Source: Acutalibacteraceae bacterium
GTDB lineage: Bacteria; Bacillota; Clostridia; Oscillospirales; Acutalibacteraceae
Direction: 5' to 3'
DNA: 64,000 nucleotides
Assembly (NCBI GenBank): GCA_036309465.1
Contig: JAXJTR010000092.1
Coordinates: 3,944 to 67,943 of the forward strand
Shown piece after piece: positions 27,332 to 35,748 of this stretch. The first letter of the stretch is position 1. Each line of letters begins with the position of its first letter. Made by a program: the position numbers and the translations under genes. Under the pieces are notes generated by a model that ran no database searches, had not been told where the DNA came from, and saw nothing but the letters and a program-made list of their open reading frames with translations.

Positions 27332-29245
27332 ATGGCACGAATAAGTGATACAAAAGACACAGCAGAAATTTCTGCTGTGTTTACTAATTTAGGATTTCAA
27401 GCTGGACTTTCAAGATGGTACGGCGAAGAAATATCTTTTGTATGCGAAGGAGACTCTATTGCCTATAGAACTAAGAACAAGACACATCTTAATTTATTTA
27501 ATGAAATCACAAATTCGTATACATACCTCTCAACTAGAAAATTATCATTATATGGTTTTTTAGGACACGAAGATGGACACAAATTGTATACCGATTATGA
27601 CTTGTCTATAAAAAACTGTGAGAAAATGCAAAATGAGAACGAATTTGCATTTGATACTAGCAATCTATTAAGCGAAGAAAATTTCAACGAGATGAAAGCA
27701 AATTGCAACAGAAAATCATTTTTAGAAATATTTCACAATATAATAAATATTATCGAAGATATTTACGTTGAATTTAGGATATTAATAGATGAAAACACGA
27801 GAAATAAATATGGTGTCGGTTTGGTTATGAATAATAATCGAATGAGTTTATTAAGACGTTATTCTGTTGAACAAGAATTGTCCTTTTTGACGGAAAATAA
27901 AAAACCAGTTCTTTACGCTATTCTTAATGCACTGATTGAATACAAATGTAGCGAACAAATTGATTGGGGCAATAAAGAAAATATTTCCAATGAAATAATT
28001 TCAGCAATATATGGCTGTATTGATATACTTGAGGACTGTTGTTATAATTATTCCTTTGCTAAAAGATTAGAAGGAGCTACCAAAATATGTTGTTTACTTT
28101 GGGATTATATAAATGAAGCACTACCTGAGCAAGAAGATGATGATGATGAAAACACCAATCCATCATTAGGTTTTGGTGAAGGCAATATAACCTCTAGTTC
28201 AGCAAACATTCCTTGTGAATTGACAAAAGAAGAAGCAAAGAGGTTATTAGAACAATCTAAAAAAAGTATAGAAGAAAATATAAATAACAATTCATCATCA
28301 ACCCTTGCTAAACAACTAGAAAGTTGTGGAACAGGTGGTAAGAGTTTAACTGAACAATCTGAAAATGCTCAATTAAAGCACAAAGAAGAACAAAAACATA
28401 AAATTGATGCAGAGCTTATTGGAACACAGCGATTAAATTTGAATAACGCAAATCTTCATTCAGGTGTTGATGTTATTGTAGAATACCCACGTTCTGACAA
28501 AACAGCGTATGAAATTATGAAATTACAACTAAACAGTACAATCAGAAAAATGGCTAACGCATTGAATAACATACAGGATAAAAAGTGCAAACAAAAAAAT
28601 TACCATTACACAGGCAAAAAATTTGTTGCACGTAGGGCATATAAAACAGACTTGAAAGTATTTTCTCAAGACCAAATTCCAGAAAAAAGCAATCACTTTC
28701 ATTTAGAACTGTTAATTGATAACAGTGGTTCTATGAGTGGAAAGAATATTGAAATCTCAAAACAGACAGCTTGCTTATTTTATGAAGCAACAAAATCAAT
28801 TAATGGTTGTTCTATAACCGTGTCTGCTCACACAACAAAAGACAATAGTTGTGTAATATCAAGACTAGTGGTTAATGATGATACCCCATATAGAATATCA
28901 TCATTATTTGGTGAAAACAGTAACCGTGATGGTCTAGCTTTAGATGTTATTTACAAAACAATGATGTCTAAACTTCCTCAAGACACTACAAAACTATTCA
29001 TCTACATAAACGACGGTCAACCAGCTCACAGTAACTATAGTGGTTATGATGAAGCGGTCAAAAATGAATTAAATGGTTTTGCAAAACAATGCGAGAGAGA
29101 GAATGTTATTTTCTTAGTTGCTGGAATAGATGGTGACAAAGAAAGGCTCGAAGAATTATATGGAGCGAAACATTTTCTGAACATCAATGATTTAGAGAAA
29201 CTTCCACAAATATTAAGTAGAGTACTTCTTAATGTGATGGAGTAA
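27332..29245 (+). CDS. HExxH metallopeptidase-like N-domain fused to a von Willebrand factor A (VWA) domain
   Basis: HEDGH lies in LYGFLGHEDGHKLY. MIDAS DxSxS lies in LLIDNSGSMSG. Downstream SAHTT and INDGQP. Coupled to the AAA+ gene by a 3-nt gap. Confidence 0.7.
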   Translation: MARISDTKDTAEISAVFTNLGFQAGLSRWYGEEISFVCEGDSIAYRTKNKTHLNLFNEITNSYTYLSTRKLSLYGFLGHEDGHKLYTDYDLSIKNCEKMQNENEFAFDTSNLLSEENFNEMKANCNRKSFLEIFHNIINIIEDIYVEFRILIDENTRNKYGVGLVMNNNRMSLLRRYSVEQELSFLTENKKPVLYAILNALIEYKCSEQIDWGNKENISNEIISAIYGCIDILEDCCYNYSFAKRLEGATKICCLLWDYINEALPEQEDDDDENTNPSLGFGEGNITSSSANIPCELTKEEAKRLLEQSKKSIEENINNNSSSTLAKQLESCGTGGKSLTEQSENAQLKHKEEQKHKIDAELIGTQRLNLNNANLHSGVDVIVEYPRSDKTAYEIMKLQLNSTIRKMANALNNIQDKKCKQKNYHYTGKKFVARRAYKTDLKVFSQDQIPEKSNHFHLELLIDNSGSMSGKNIEISKQTACLFYEATKSINGCSITVSAHTTKDNSCVISRLVVNDDTPYRISSLFGENSNRDGLALDVIYKTMMSKLPQDTTKLFIYINDGQPAHSNYSGYDEAVKNELNGFAKQCERENVIFLVAGIDGDKERLEELYGAKHFLNINDLEKLPQILSRVLLNVME

Positions 29246-29280
29246 TTTTTTAGAACAAAAGCAAAATACTCTTTGCTAAA

Positions 29281-29320
29281 GGCACTATATGTATCACTAA
29301 GATAACATATAGTGCCTTAT
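29281..29320 (+). terminator. Intrinsic terminator after the AAA+/VWA operon
   Basis: GGCACTATATGT / ACATATAGTGCC stem followed by TTATTTTATT. Confidence 0.7.
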
Positions 29321-29343
29321 TTTATTATGAAAGGATTATTAAA

Positions 29344-31179
29344 ATGATAACAATACTAATTAGTAAAAATAATAATTACGAAACTATTTATAACCTGTAT
29401 TTTAATGGATATGAGATAGGTTATATATCTAAGAGTATCCATAGAGACTACTATATTTTATACAAGAAAACATCCAATAATCACTACGCATACATCACTT
29501 CTGCAAACTGCATAATGGAGTGCAAAGAAAAAATGATTGAACATATAAGAGAATATGGCTTTTTTAAGGACACAAATCAATCTAAGGATATTCCATTTCA
29601 TTTAACCAGCAAAGAAGAACAGTTTTATCCGACACCTACTAAAATGGTAGGACTGATGTATAGTTTTATAGACTGGAACACTGTTGACACAATACTTGAA
29701 CCATCAGCAGGCTCTGGTAATCTCATTGAAAATATACCAGCAATTAAGAAATCAAAAACTCGACACTCAAACAATTGTGATATTGATTGTATCGAGATTA
29801 ATGAAAATCTACGATATATACTCAAAGGTAAAGGACATAGGGTTGTTTTTGATGATTTTACAAAATTTCATTCTGATAAGCATTATGATTTAATAATTGC
29901 AAATCCACCATTTGCAAATGGTGATAGCCATTTATTAAAAGCTATAAATATTCAAGAAGTATATGGAGGACAAATTTGTTTTTTACTTAATGCTAAAACA
30001 TTGAAAAATCCTTATTCAAATACACGTAAAGAATTAATGCGAAAACTAAACATATACAATGCAAAGATTAAATATGTAACAAACGGTTTTTCAAATGCTA
30101 TGAGAAAAACTGATGTAGAAATCGCTATAATATACTTAAATATCCCTGCTCCTAAAACCTATCATAGTAATATATATGACGGATTAAAACGAGCATCTGA
30201 GATTGAGAATAATGAATTTATCCCCAATGAGCTTGCTATAACAGACTATATAGCTGACCTTATAACCAAATATAATTTAGAAGTTAAGTACACTATTGCA
30301 GTATCAAAAGAACTCGATAACTTGAATAGGTATGCTCTTAATTCAATCAGTGTTATAAATCTATCGTCTAATAATTCTGATTTTTCAATTAATAAGGCTC
30401 TTAAACACATACGTTATAAGTATTGGCATTACTTGTTTAAACAAACAAAGTTTACTTCACATCTTACAAACAACCTACAAGAACATTATTTTAATATAGT
30501 CAATGAAATGGAAAATTATGAATTTAATATGTTCAATATTAAGCAAGTGCTTGTAGAAATGAACTCTCAACTGAAAGAAGCTCTAAACGATACTATTATG
30601 AGCTTATTCAATAAAATGACTGCTGAGCATACTTATTATGAAGCTTGCCAAAACAACATACATTACTACAATGGTTGGAAAAGTAACAAAGCTCATAAAA
30701 TAGGGAAAAAGGTTATAATACCTTTTAACGCTTACAACTTCTGGGGTGATTGTTTGTCTGAATATGAATGTCTAAACTTTTTGAAAGATATTGAAAAAGT
30801 ATTAGATTATATCAATCCAAATTCAGAAGATTATACTTCGATTGAACACATATTAAAAACAGCAAATAAACTTAATAAGACAAGAAACATTAACTTCAAA
30901 TATTTTATGTGTAGTTTTTATAAGAAAGGGACTGTTCATATTACATTTACCAATCAACTAGTAATAGATATGCTCAACATCTATGCTGGACGAAAAAACG
31001 GTTGGCTACCACCTTCTTATGGAAAAAAAGCCTATACCAATTTATCCAATGATGAAAAGAATGTAATAGATAGTTTTCAGTCACGAGAAGAATATGAAAC
31101 AGTCTGTACTGAAAATGGTAAATACCTATATGAAATACATAATACCGTAGTACCACTACTTACAGAAAATATTTGTTAA
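29344..31179 (+). CDS. Orphan N6-adenine DNA methyltransferase with a long C-terminal domain
   Basis: Motif I is ILEPSAGSGNL and motif IV is IIANPPFAN. No endonuclease or specificity gene lies adjacent. Confidence 0.75.
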   Translation: MITILISKNNNYETIYNLYFNGYEIGYISKSIHRDYYILYKKTSNNHYAYITSANCIMECKEKMIEHIREYGFFKDTNQSKDIPFHLTSKEEQFYPTPTKMVGLMYSFIDWNTVDTILEPSAGSGNLIENIPAIKKSKTRHSNNCDIDCIEINENLRYILKGKGHRVVFDDFTKFHSDKHYDLIIANPPFANGDSHLLKAINIQEVYGGQICFLLNAKTLKNPYSNTRKELMRKLNIYNAKIKYVTNGFSNAMRKTDVEIAIIYLNIPAPKTYHSNIYDGLKRASEIENNEFIPNELAITDYIADLITKYNLEVKYTIAVSKELDNLNRYALNSISVINLSSNNSDFSINKALKHIRYKYWHYLFKQTKFTSHLTNNLQEHYFNIVNEMENYEFNMFNIKQVLVEMNSQLKEALNDTIMSLFNKMTAEHTYYEACQNNIHYYNGWKSNKAHKIGKKVIIPFNAYNFWGDCLSEYECLNFLKDIEKVLDYINPNSEDYTSIEHILKTANKLNKTRNINFKYFMCSFYKKGTVHITFTNQLVIDMLNIYAGRKNGWLPPSYGKKAYTNLSNDEKNVIDSFQSREEYETVCTENGKYLYEIHNTVVPLLTENIC

Positions 31180-31195
31180 AGGAGAAATTTAATAT

Positions 31196-31411
31196 ATGAA
31201 AATTATATTTTGGTTACTAATGTACTATTTATTAAAGCTAAGAGAACATTTTTGTTATGTAGCTATTTCCGTAACAATTATTCTTATGAACATTGGATTT
31301 TGTTTATTATTTTTTAACGACAAACAACCCAATATATTGCCACAGTCAAGTTTAATCAGTTTCTGTCTTATGGCAATCGCATATTTATTAAGAAAGAAGG
31401 ATGTAAAGTGA
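31196..31411 (+). CDS. Small membrane protein
   Basis: RBS is AAAGGAGAA. Three hydrophobic segments. Confidence 0.5.
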   Translation: MKIIFWLLMYYLLKLREHFCYVAISVTIILMNIGFCLLFFNDKQPNILPQSSLISFCLMAIAYLLRKKDVK

Positions 31412-31713
31412 TGACTAAATCAACCAAATTAACTCAAAATGTGTTAAACAAAATTGAAAATGAATTAGAATGTTATATTGAGAAAATGTTAGAACAATCC
31501 AAAGAAAATATCCTAAATAATGCAGAAGATATTTTCCTAAGACAATCAATCGTTAACATAGTTAATAACATTACATTTTCAGACACCGTATTAAAATTCC
31601 TTTCCAAGCAAGTTAATACACTAGAATACCTAGTAAATCGTATAGAAAAGCTTGAGCTATATGAAGATACTTTTAATACAATTTATTATGACATATCAAA
31701 TATTATGATATAA
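31408..31713 (+). CDS. Hypothetical helical protein
   Basis: Start overlaps the upstream stop (GTGATG). A terminator follows. Confidence 0.5.
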   Translation: MMTKSTKLTQNVLNKIENELECYIEKMLEQSKENILNNAEDIFLRQSIVNIVNNITFSDTVLKFLSKQVNTLEYLVNRIEKLELYEDTFNTIYYDISNIMI

Positions 31714-31723
31714 TGATGATAAG

Positions 31724-31762
31724 CAAAGCCTCACCATTTTTAGTGAGGCTTTGTCTGTTTTT
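31724..31762 (+). terminator. Intrinsic terminator
   Basis: CAAAGCCTCAC / GTGAGGCTTTG stem followed by TCTGTTTTT. Confidence 0.7.
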
Positions 31763-31789
31763 GCCATACGGCAAAAAACTGTGAAAAAA
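31758..31789 (-). promoter_or_regulatory. Palindromic box TTTTTGCC-ATAC-GGCAAAAA with adjacent TGTGAAAAAA (copy 2 of 4)
   Basis: Same composite motif as at 17839, 55525 and 55622. Confidence 0.6.
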
Positions 31790-31885
31790 CTGAATTTGAA
31801 AAAATTTAATTGGATAATCAATTATTGTTGTATAATATCTGCGTACGGCAACTCATCAACACAGCAATAGTTAAGGAGTATAATA

Positions 31886-32590
31886 ATGAGATTTAGAAAA
31901 AATACAGATATAAATAAAGTTAAATCTATTGCACTTAGTTTTTTATATTTAGATATTAAAAACACTGAATTTTCACCATTTTTCGTTGAACACCCTTTTT
32001 TTCAGAGTGCATATATCAATGTTAAACGACAAGGTAATTTTATCACAGCAAATATTTTAGAGGACACACTTGCAAAAAAAGAAGTTATTAGTCAATATTC
32101 TAGACGAATAACTAACTGCAATAACGTTTATGACATTGTTGAACTAATACTAACCAAATATCGTCTTACTTTTTTTAGTTATATATTTACTTATCTTAAT
32201 AAATACGATTACAGCAAATTGTTAGGTGATATATGGGTATTCTCTGAAAATCCTAATCAGGATGCAAATGTGCCAACTAAAAAAGCTATTAAATGGTTTC
32301 AAATGGCTGATAAACAATACTTAATGAATGAAGATGAATACGGCTATTATAACGATTTATCACAAACAATAACTGTATACCGTGGAGTAGCAGTGCAAAG
32401 AAACCCGCACGGATTATCTTGGACTTGTAACGAAAATAAAGCCCACTGGTTTGCTAATCGTTTTAATACGGAAACAAAACAGGGATATGTACAAAAAGCC
32501 ATTATTAATAAATCAGATGTATTAGCATATTTCAATAGAAGAAATGAAGATGAAATTGTTGTTAATACAACGAATATATCAATTCTATAA
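31886..32590 (+). CDS. Protein with a C-terminal ADP-ribosyltransferase-like (R-S-E) signature
   Basis: Last ~70 aa read TVYRGV...GLSWTCNENKAHWFA...NEDEIVV, which resembles YRG / SxT + A..FA / ExE + hydrophobic. Read by eye only. Confidence 0.35.
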   Translation: MRFRKNTDINKVKSIALSFLYLDIKNTEFSPFFVEHPFFQSAYINVKRQGNFITANILEDTLAKKEVISQYSRRITNCNNVYDIVELILTKYRLTFFSYIFTYLNKYDYSKLLGDIWVFSENPNQDANVPTKKAIKWFQMADKQYLMNEDEYGYYNDLSQTITVYRGVAVQRNPHGLSWTCNENKAHWFANRFNTETKQGYVQKAIINKSDVLAYFNRRNEDEIVVNTTNISIL

Positions 32591-32596
32591 TCTAAG

Positions 32597-32633
32597 ACAC
32601 TTCTGGCATATTTTATGTCAGAAGTGTTTTTTT
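32597..32633 (+). terminator. Intrinsic terminator
   Basis: ACACTTCTG / CAGAAGTGT stem followed by T7. Confidence 0.7.
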
Positions 32634-32650
32634 GACTGTGTGAATAAGGG

Positions 32651-32985
32651 TTGAAAAAGTTTTAACTGTATGATATAATGAACCTATTAATCATTGTGGT
32701 TTTATTTATTGATAAAACTTTTGTTCTGTTCTCTGCTAAGAACAGTTTATGTGTAAAATTTATCATTTTGATAAAAACACATTTAGAAACTCTACTGTAC
32801 AAGTAGAGAGCATTAAACTTATGTTTAACGCTAAGTGCTATGCACTAATTTATAATCTTTGGAATAAACACATACTTTTGTAATTGCCATCAATACTGGC
32901 TTTTTCAAAGTATGTGTTTTTTTATATTTTTTAGAAAGGCAACGCTACCTAGGTCAGTAGCAAAACAACAACAAAAATTAATTTT
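32651..32985 (+). ncRNA. Structured RNA leader module, copy B, with conserved post-terminator tail
   Basis: TTGAAA (32651-32656), 17 nt, TGaTATAAT (32674-32679). Six hairpins precede the terminator AAACACATACTTT...AAAGTATGTGTTT + T7 (ends ~32923). Then the GCTAC-CTAGGTCA-GTAGC hairpin and a CAACAACAAAAATT tract. Confidence 0.7.
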
Positions 32986-33004
32986 AGAGAAAGAAGGCAA
33001 AATT

Positions 33005-33820
33005 ATGAATGTCTACACTACAGAAAAATTAAAGCAATGTTTAATTGAAAAAACTAACGAAAATGGTGAGGTTATCCGTTTAGAGTTACCACCAAGAGTA
33101 CGTCTGGCGTGGTTTAATGAAGCTGAACCTAATGCCACTATAAAAACAAAAATTACTGAGAATAATCAACGCTATTGTATTGCAAAAGCCGAAGTTATCA
33201 CTCCTCAAAAGTCATCAGTAGCATTTGCTGAGGCTGTAATAGGTGATAATTTTACTTCTATTTTGTCTGCCTCTCAGACATTTGCTATTGACAAATGTTT
33301 GAGATATATAGGTTATGTATTACCAGAAGAAATATGTGCAGATATTCCTCGCAATCCAACAGTAGATGAATTAGTTGATGATGAAATTCATCACGAAACA
33401 CAAACTAAAAATAACAAACAAGCAGAAGAAGCTAAAAAGGCTGTACTTAATGCTCTTTCACCAAAATCAAATACGACTAAAGAGCAAGAACAATCATCAT
33501 CTATTAACAGTGAAGCCCTACCTTTTGCTGGCAATGATAAAAAAGAAGTATCTGAAAAACAACTTATAATTTCTGATGAAAAGGCAAACAAGTTGAATGA
33601 AATGCTTAAAAATCAGTTATCAGTTATTAATAAAGATGAATTAATACAAAAATGTAAAGAAACAAAAATAACCACAGGCACTCATAAAGGAAAAACGTTT
33701 GGTGAAATGCTTGTAAATAGAAAAGACATAGAATATCTTATGTGGCTAGTCGCAAATAGAGCCACAACAGACAAAGGAAAGAAAGCCTTTATGTTGCTAA
33801 AACTTGAAAAGAAAATATAA
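33005..33820 (+). CDS. Possible Rad52/Sak-like single-strand annealing protein with a DUF3820-like C-terminal motif
   Basis: RVRLAWFNEAEPNATIKTKI and SASQTFAIDKCLRYIGY resemble the Rad52-family core. C-terminal HKGKTFGEMLVNRKDIEYLMWL. ATG 33005 follows AGAAAGAAGG. The match is weak. Confidence 0.3.
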   Translation: MNVYTTEKLKQCLIEKTNENGEVIRLELPPRVRLAWFNEAEPNATIKTKITENNQRYCIAKAEVITPQKSSVAFAEAVIGDNFTSILSASQTFAIDKCLRYIGYVLPEEICADIPRNPTVDELVDDEIHHETQTKNNKQAEEAKKAVLNALSPKSNTTKEQEQSSSINSEALPFAGNDKKEVSEKQLIISDEKANKLNEMLKNQLSVINKDELIQKCKETKITTGTHKGKTFGEMLVNRKDIEYLMWLVANRATTDKGKKAFMLLKLEKKI

Positions 33821-33849
33821 AAATTATAAATTACAAAGGAGTGTTTTTT

Positions 33850-34452
33850 ATGACAGAACGAGCAGAAACAACTAAACAGCAATTTATAGAAGTTGCAAAA
33901 GCACACATTCAAAGAAAAGGTATTGATAATCTCTTAAAATACCTAGAAAAAACTGATTTTTTTACTGCACCAGCCAGTACAAAATATCACTCTGCCTATG
34001 AAGGTGGATTAGCAGAACATTCATTAAAGGTATTTGACAATCTTTGTACACTGGTTAGTTGGAAACTAAACAATGGCGAAGATATAACTCCAGAAACCAC
34101 AGAAACTTGTGCTATCATTGCTTTGTTTCACGACCTTTCTAAAATAGGTCAATATGAAATAACTATGAAAAATGTAAAGGATGCTAATGGAAAATGGACA
34201 AAAGAAGAACAGTACATTGTAAAGAAAGATAGAAAACTATTGTTAGGTCACGCCGAAACAAGCATTTATATCATTCAAAGATTTATAACTCTAACAGTTG
34301 AGGAGGTTCACGCAATTCGTTGGCATATGGGAGCTTACGACTCATCTGCCAAAGGTGGAGATTATGATATAGGACAAGCACTTTCTAAATATCCTATAGC
34401 ATTATTAACACATATTGCAGACAATTTAGCAACTAATATAGACGAGGAATAA
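33850..34452 (+). CDS. HD-domain phosphohydrolase (YhaM-like HD region)
   Basis: PASTKYHSAYEGGLAEHSLKV, ALFHDLSKI, GHAETS and THIADNLATNI. ATG lies 8 nt after AAGGAG. Confidence 0.65.
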   Translation: MTERAETTKQQFIEVAKAHIQRKGIDNLLKYLEKTDFFTAPASTKYHSAYEGGLAEHSLKVFDNLCTLVSWKLNNGEDITPETTETCAIIALFHDLSKIGQYEITMKNVKDANGKWTKEEQYIVKKDRKLLLGHAETSIYIIQRFITLTVEEVHAIRWHMGAYDSSAKGGDYDIGQALSKYPIALLTHIADNLATNIDEE

Positions 34453-34456
34453 GATA

Positions 34457-35623
34457 ATGGCTAGACCCTCTGTTACAATGTTAGATGTAGTTAATGAGTT
34501 GCATCTAAAATTATATAATACTAAAGGAAATAATAGTGATTATTACTGTCCTTTTTGTGAAGCAAACGGTAAAAAACATCATCATAGTTTAAATGTAAAT
34601 TTTTCTAATGGAACATTTAACTGCTTTAAATGTGGAAGTAAAGGTGGATATTTCAAACTGTACTCTATGTATCAAGCATTAATTAACCATAATGAAAATT
34701 ACTATGGAGATGGAACTTCTGATGAGTGTCAAAAACAGGCATCAAAGGATATGGTTAGAATTTTATCTGGTTATTCGTATGAAAAGCAAGAAATCAGAAA
34801 AAATCGAAACAAACAACAGCAACAGCAACTAAAAAATATTGCTAAGATGGCATCTTCTTTTAATTTGAAAAAATCACAAATAGTATACGAAGCATTACTA
34901 AAACACTGTACTTTAACAAAAGTACATCGTCAAAATTTGAAAAATAGAGGAATGTCTGATTTTTATATTGATAAATATAGAATTAAATCCGTCCCAACAG
35001 TATTCCCATCAGCCGTTATACAAAGAATAACTACTGAAACTGGAATACAAGATTTTTCAGGAGTTGCTGGATTTTACTATGATGAAGAAAGCCTGAGTTG
35101 GCAAATGGTTATTGGTAAGCATCACAAAGGAATGTTTATTCCTTACTATGATGTCAACAATAAGATTTGCGGTTTGCAAATCAGATTAGATACCCCTACT
35201 GTTCACGGAGACAGATATATATGGTTTTCATCTGTTAATCGTAACAGAGGTACTAGTGTGCCAGCAGTCCCTTGTTACTTAAAAGGTACTAAAAGAAATA
35301 ATAACCTATATATTACCGAAGGGGCATTGAAAGCTATGGTAAGCCAATCATTAACAGGATGGAGTTTTCTTGCTGTTGCTGGAGTAAACAGTCAACAGGG
35401 TATTGAAGAAGCTATGACCAAATTCAACGGTTCTGTTGTATATGACTGTTTTGATATGGATTATGTTAATAATCCAAATGTTTCCAAAGCAAAAGAAAAT
35501 TTGGCTAACAAAATTATATCAGCAGGCAAAGAACTCAAAAGACAAGACTGGGATAGTAATTATAAAGGTATTGACGATTATCTCCTTCATTTGATAACAA
35601 TGAATAACAAAAAAAGTCAATAA
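34457..35623 (+). CDS. DNA primase-like protein (CHC2-type zinc finger + Toprim-like domain)
   Basis: Zinc finger CPFCEANGKKHHHSLNVNFSNGTFNCFKCGSKG. Toprim-like YITEGALKAM and CFDMDY (E ... DxD). Confidence 0.7.
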   Translation: MARPSVTMLDVVNELHLKLYNTKGNNSDYYCPFCEANGKKHHHSLNVNFSNGTFNCFKCGSKGGYFKLYSMYQALINHNENYYGDGTSDECQKQASKDMVRILSGYSYEKQEIRKNRNKQQQQQLKNIAKMASSFNLKKSQIVYEALLKHCTLTKVHRQNLKNRGMSDFYIDKYRIKSVPTVFPSAVIQRITTETGIQDFSGVAGFYYDEESLSWQMVIGKHHKGMFIPYYDVNNKICGLQIRLDTPTVHGDRYIWFSSVNRNRGTSVPAVPCYLKGTKRNNNLYITEGALKAMVSQSLTGWSFLAVAGVNSQQGIEEAMTKFNGSVVYDCFDMDYVNNPNVSKAKENLANKIISAGKELKRQDWDSNYKGIDDYLLHLITMNNKKSQ

Positions 35624-35664
35624 AAATCCTTTCAAAAAAATATTACAAGCAAAAATAATTATAA

Positions 35665-35715
35665 AAAACCTGTGTTACAGTTGATACTTATTATTCATAC
35701 TGTGACACAGGTTTT
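35665..35715 (+). terminator. Intrinsic terminator after the primase gene
   Basis: 16-bp stem AAAACCTGTGTTACAG / CTGTGACACAGGTTTT with one G-U pair. Confidence 0.7.
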
Positions 35716-35748
35716 AATTTTCAATTTAGAAACAAGGAGTAAATAATA

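Noticed and set aside
32912-33004. Listed N-terminal extension of the 33005 gene (MCFIFFRKATLPRSVAKQQQ...)
   Set aside because: It begins inside the module B terminator and runs through the conserved post-terminator tail. A proper RBS (AGAAAGAAGG) precedes ATG 33005. Similar artificial extensions were trimmed at 117, 3261, 5174, 8805, 14398, 15749, 20143, 24910, 25433, 33841, 37162, 38400, 45442, 46175, 51440, 56438 and 57376.
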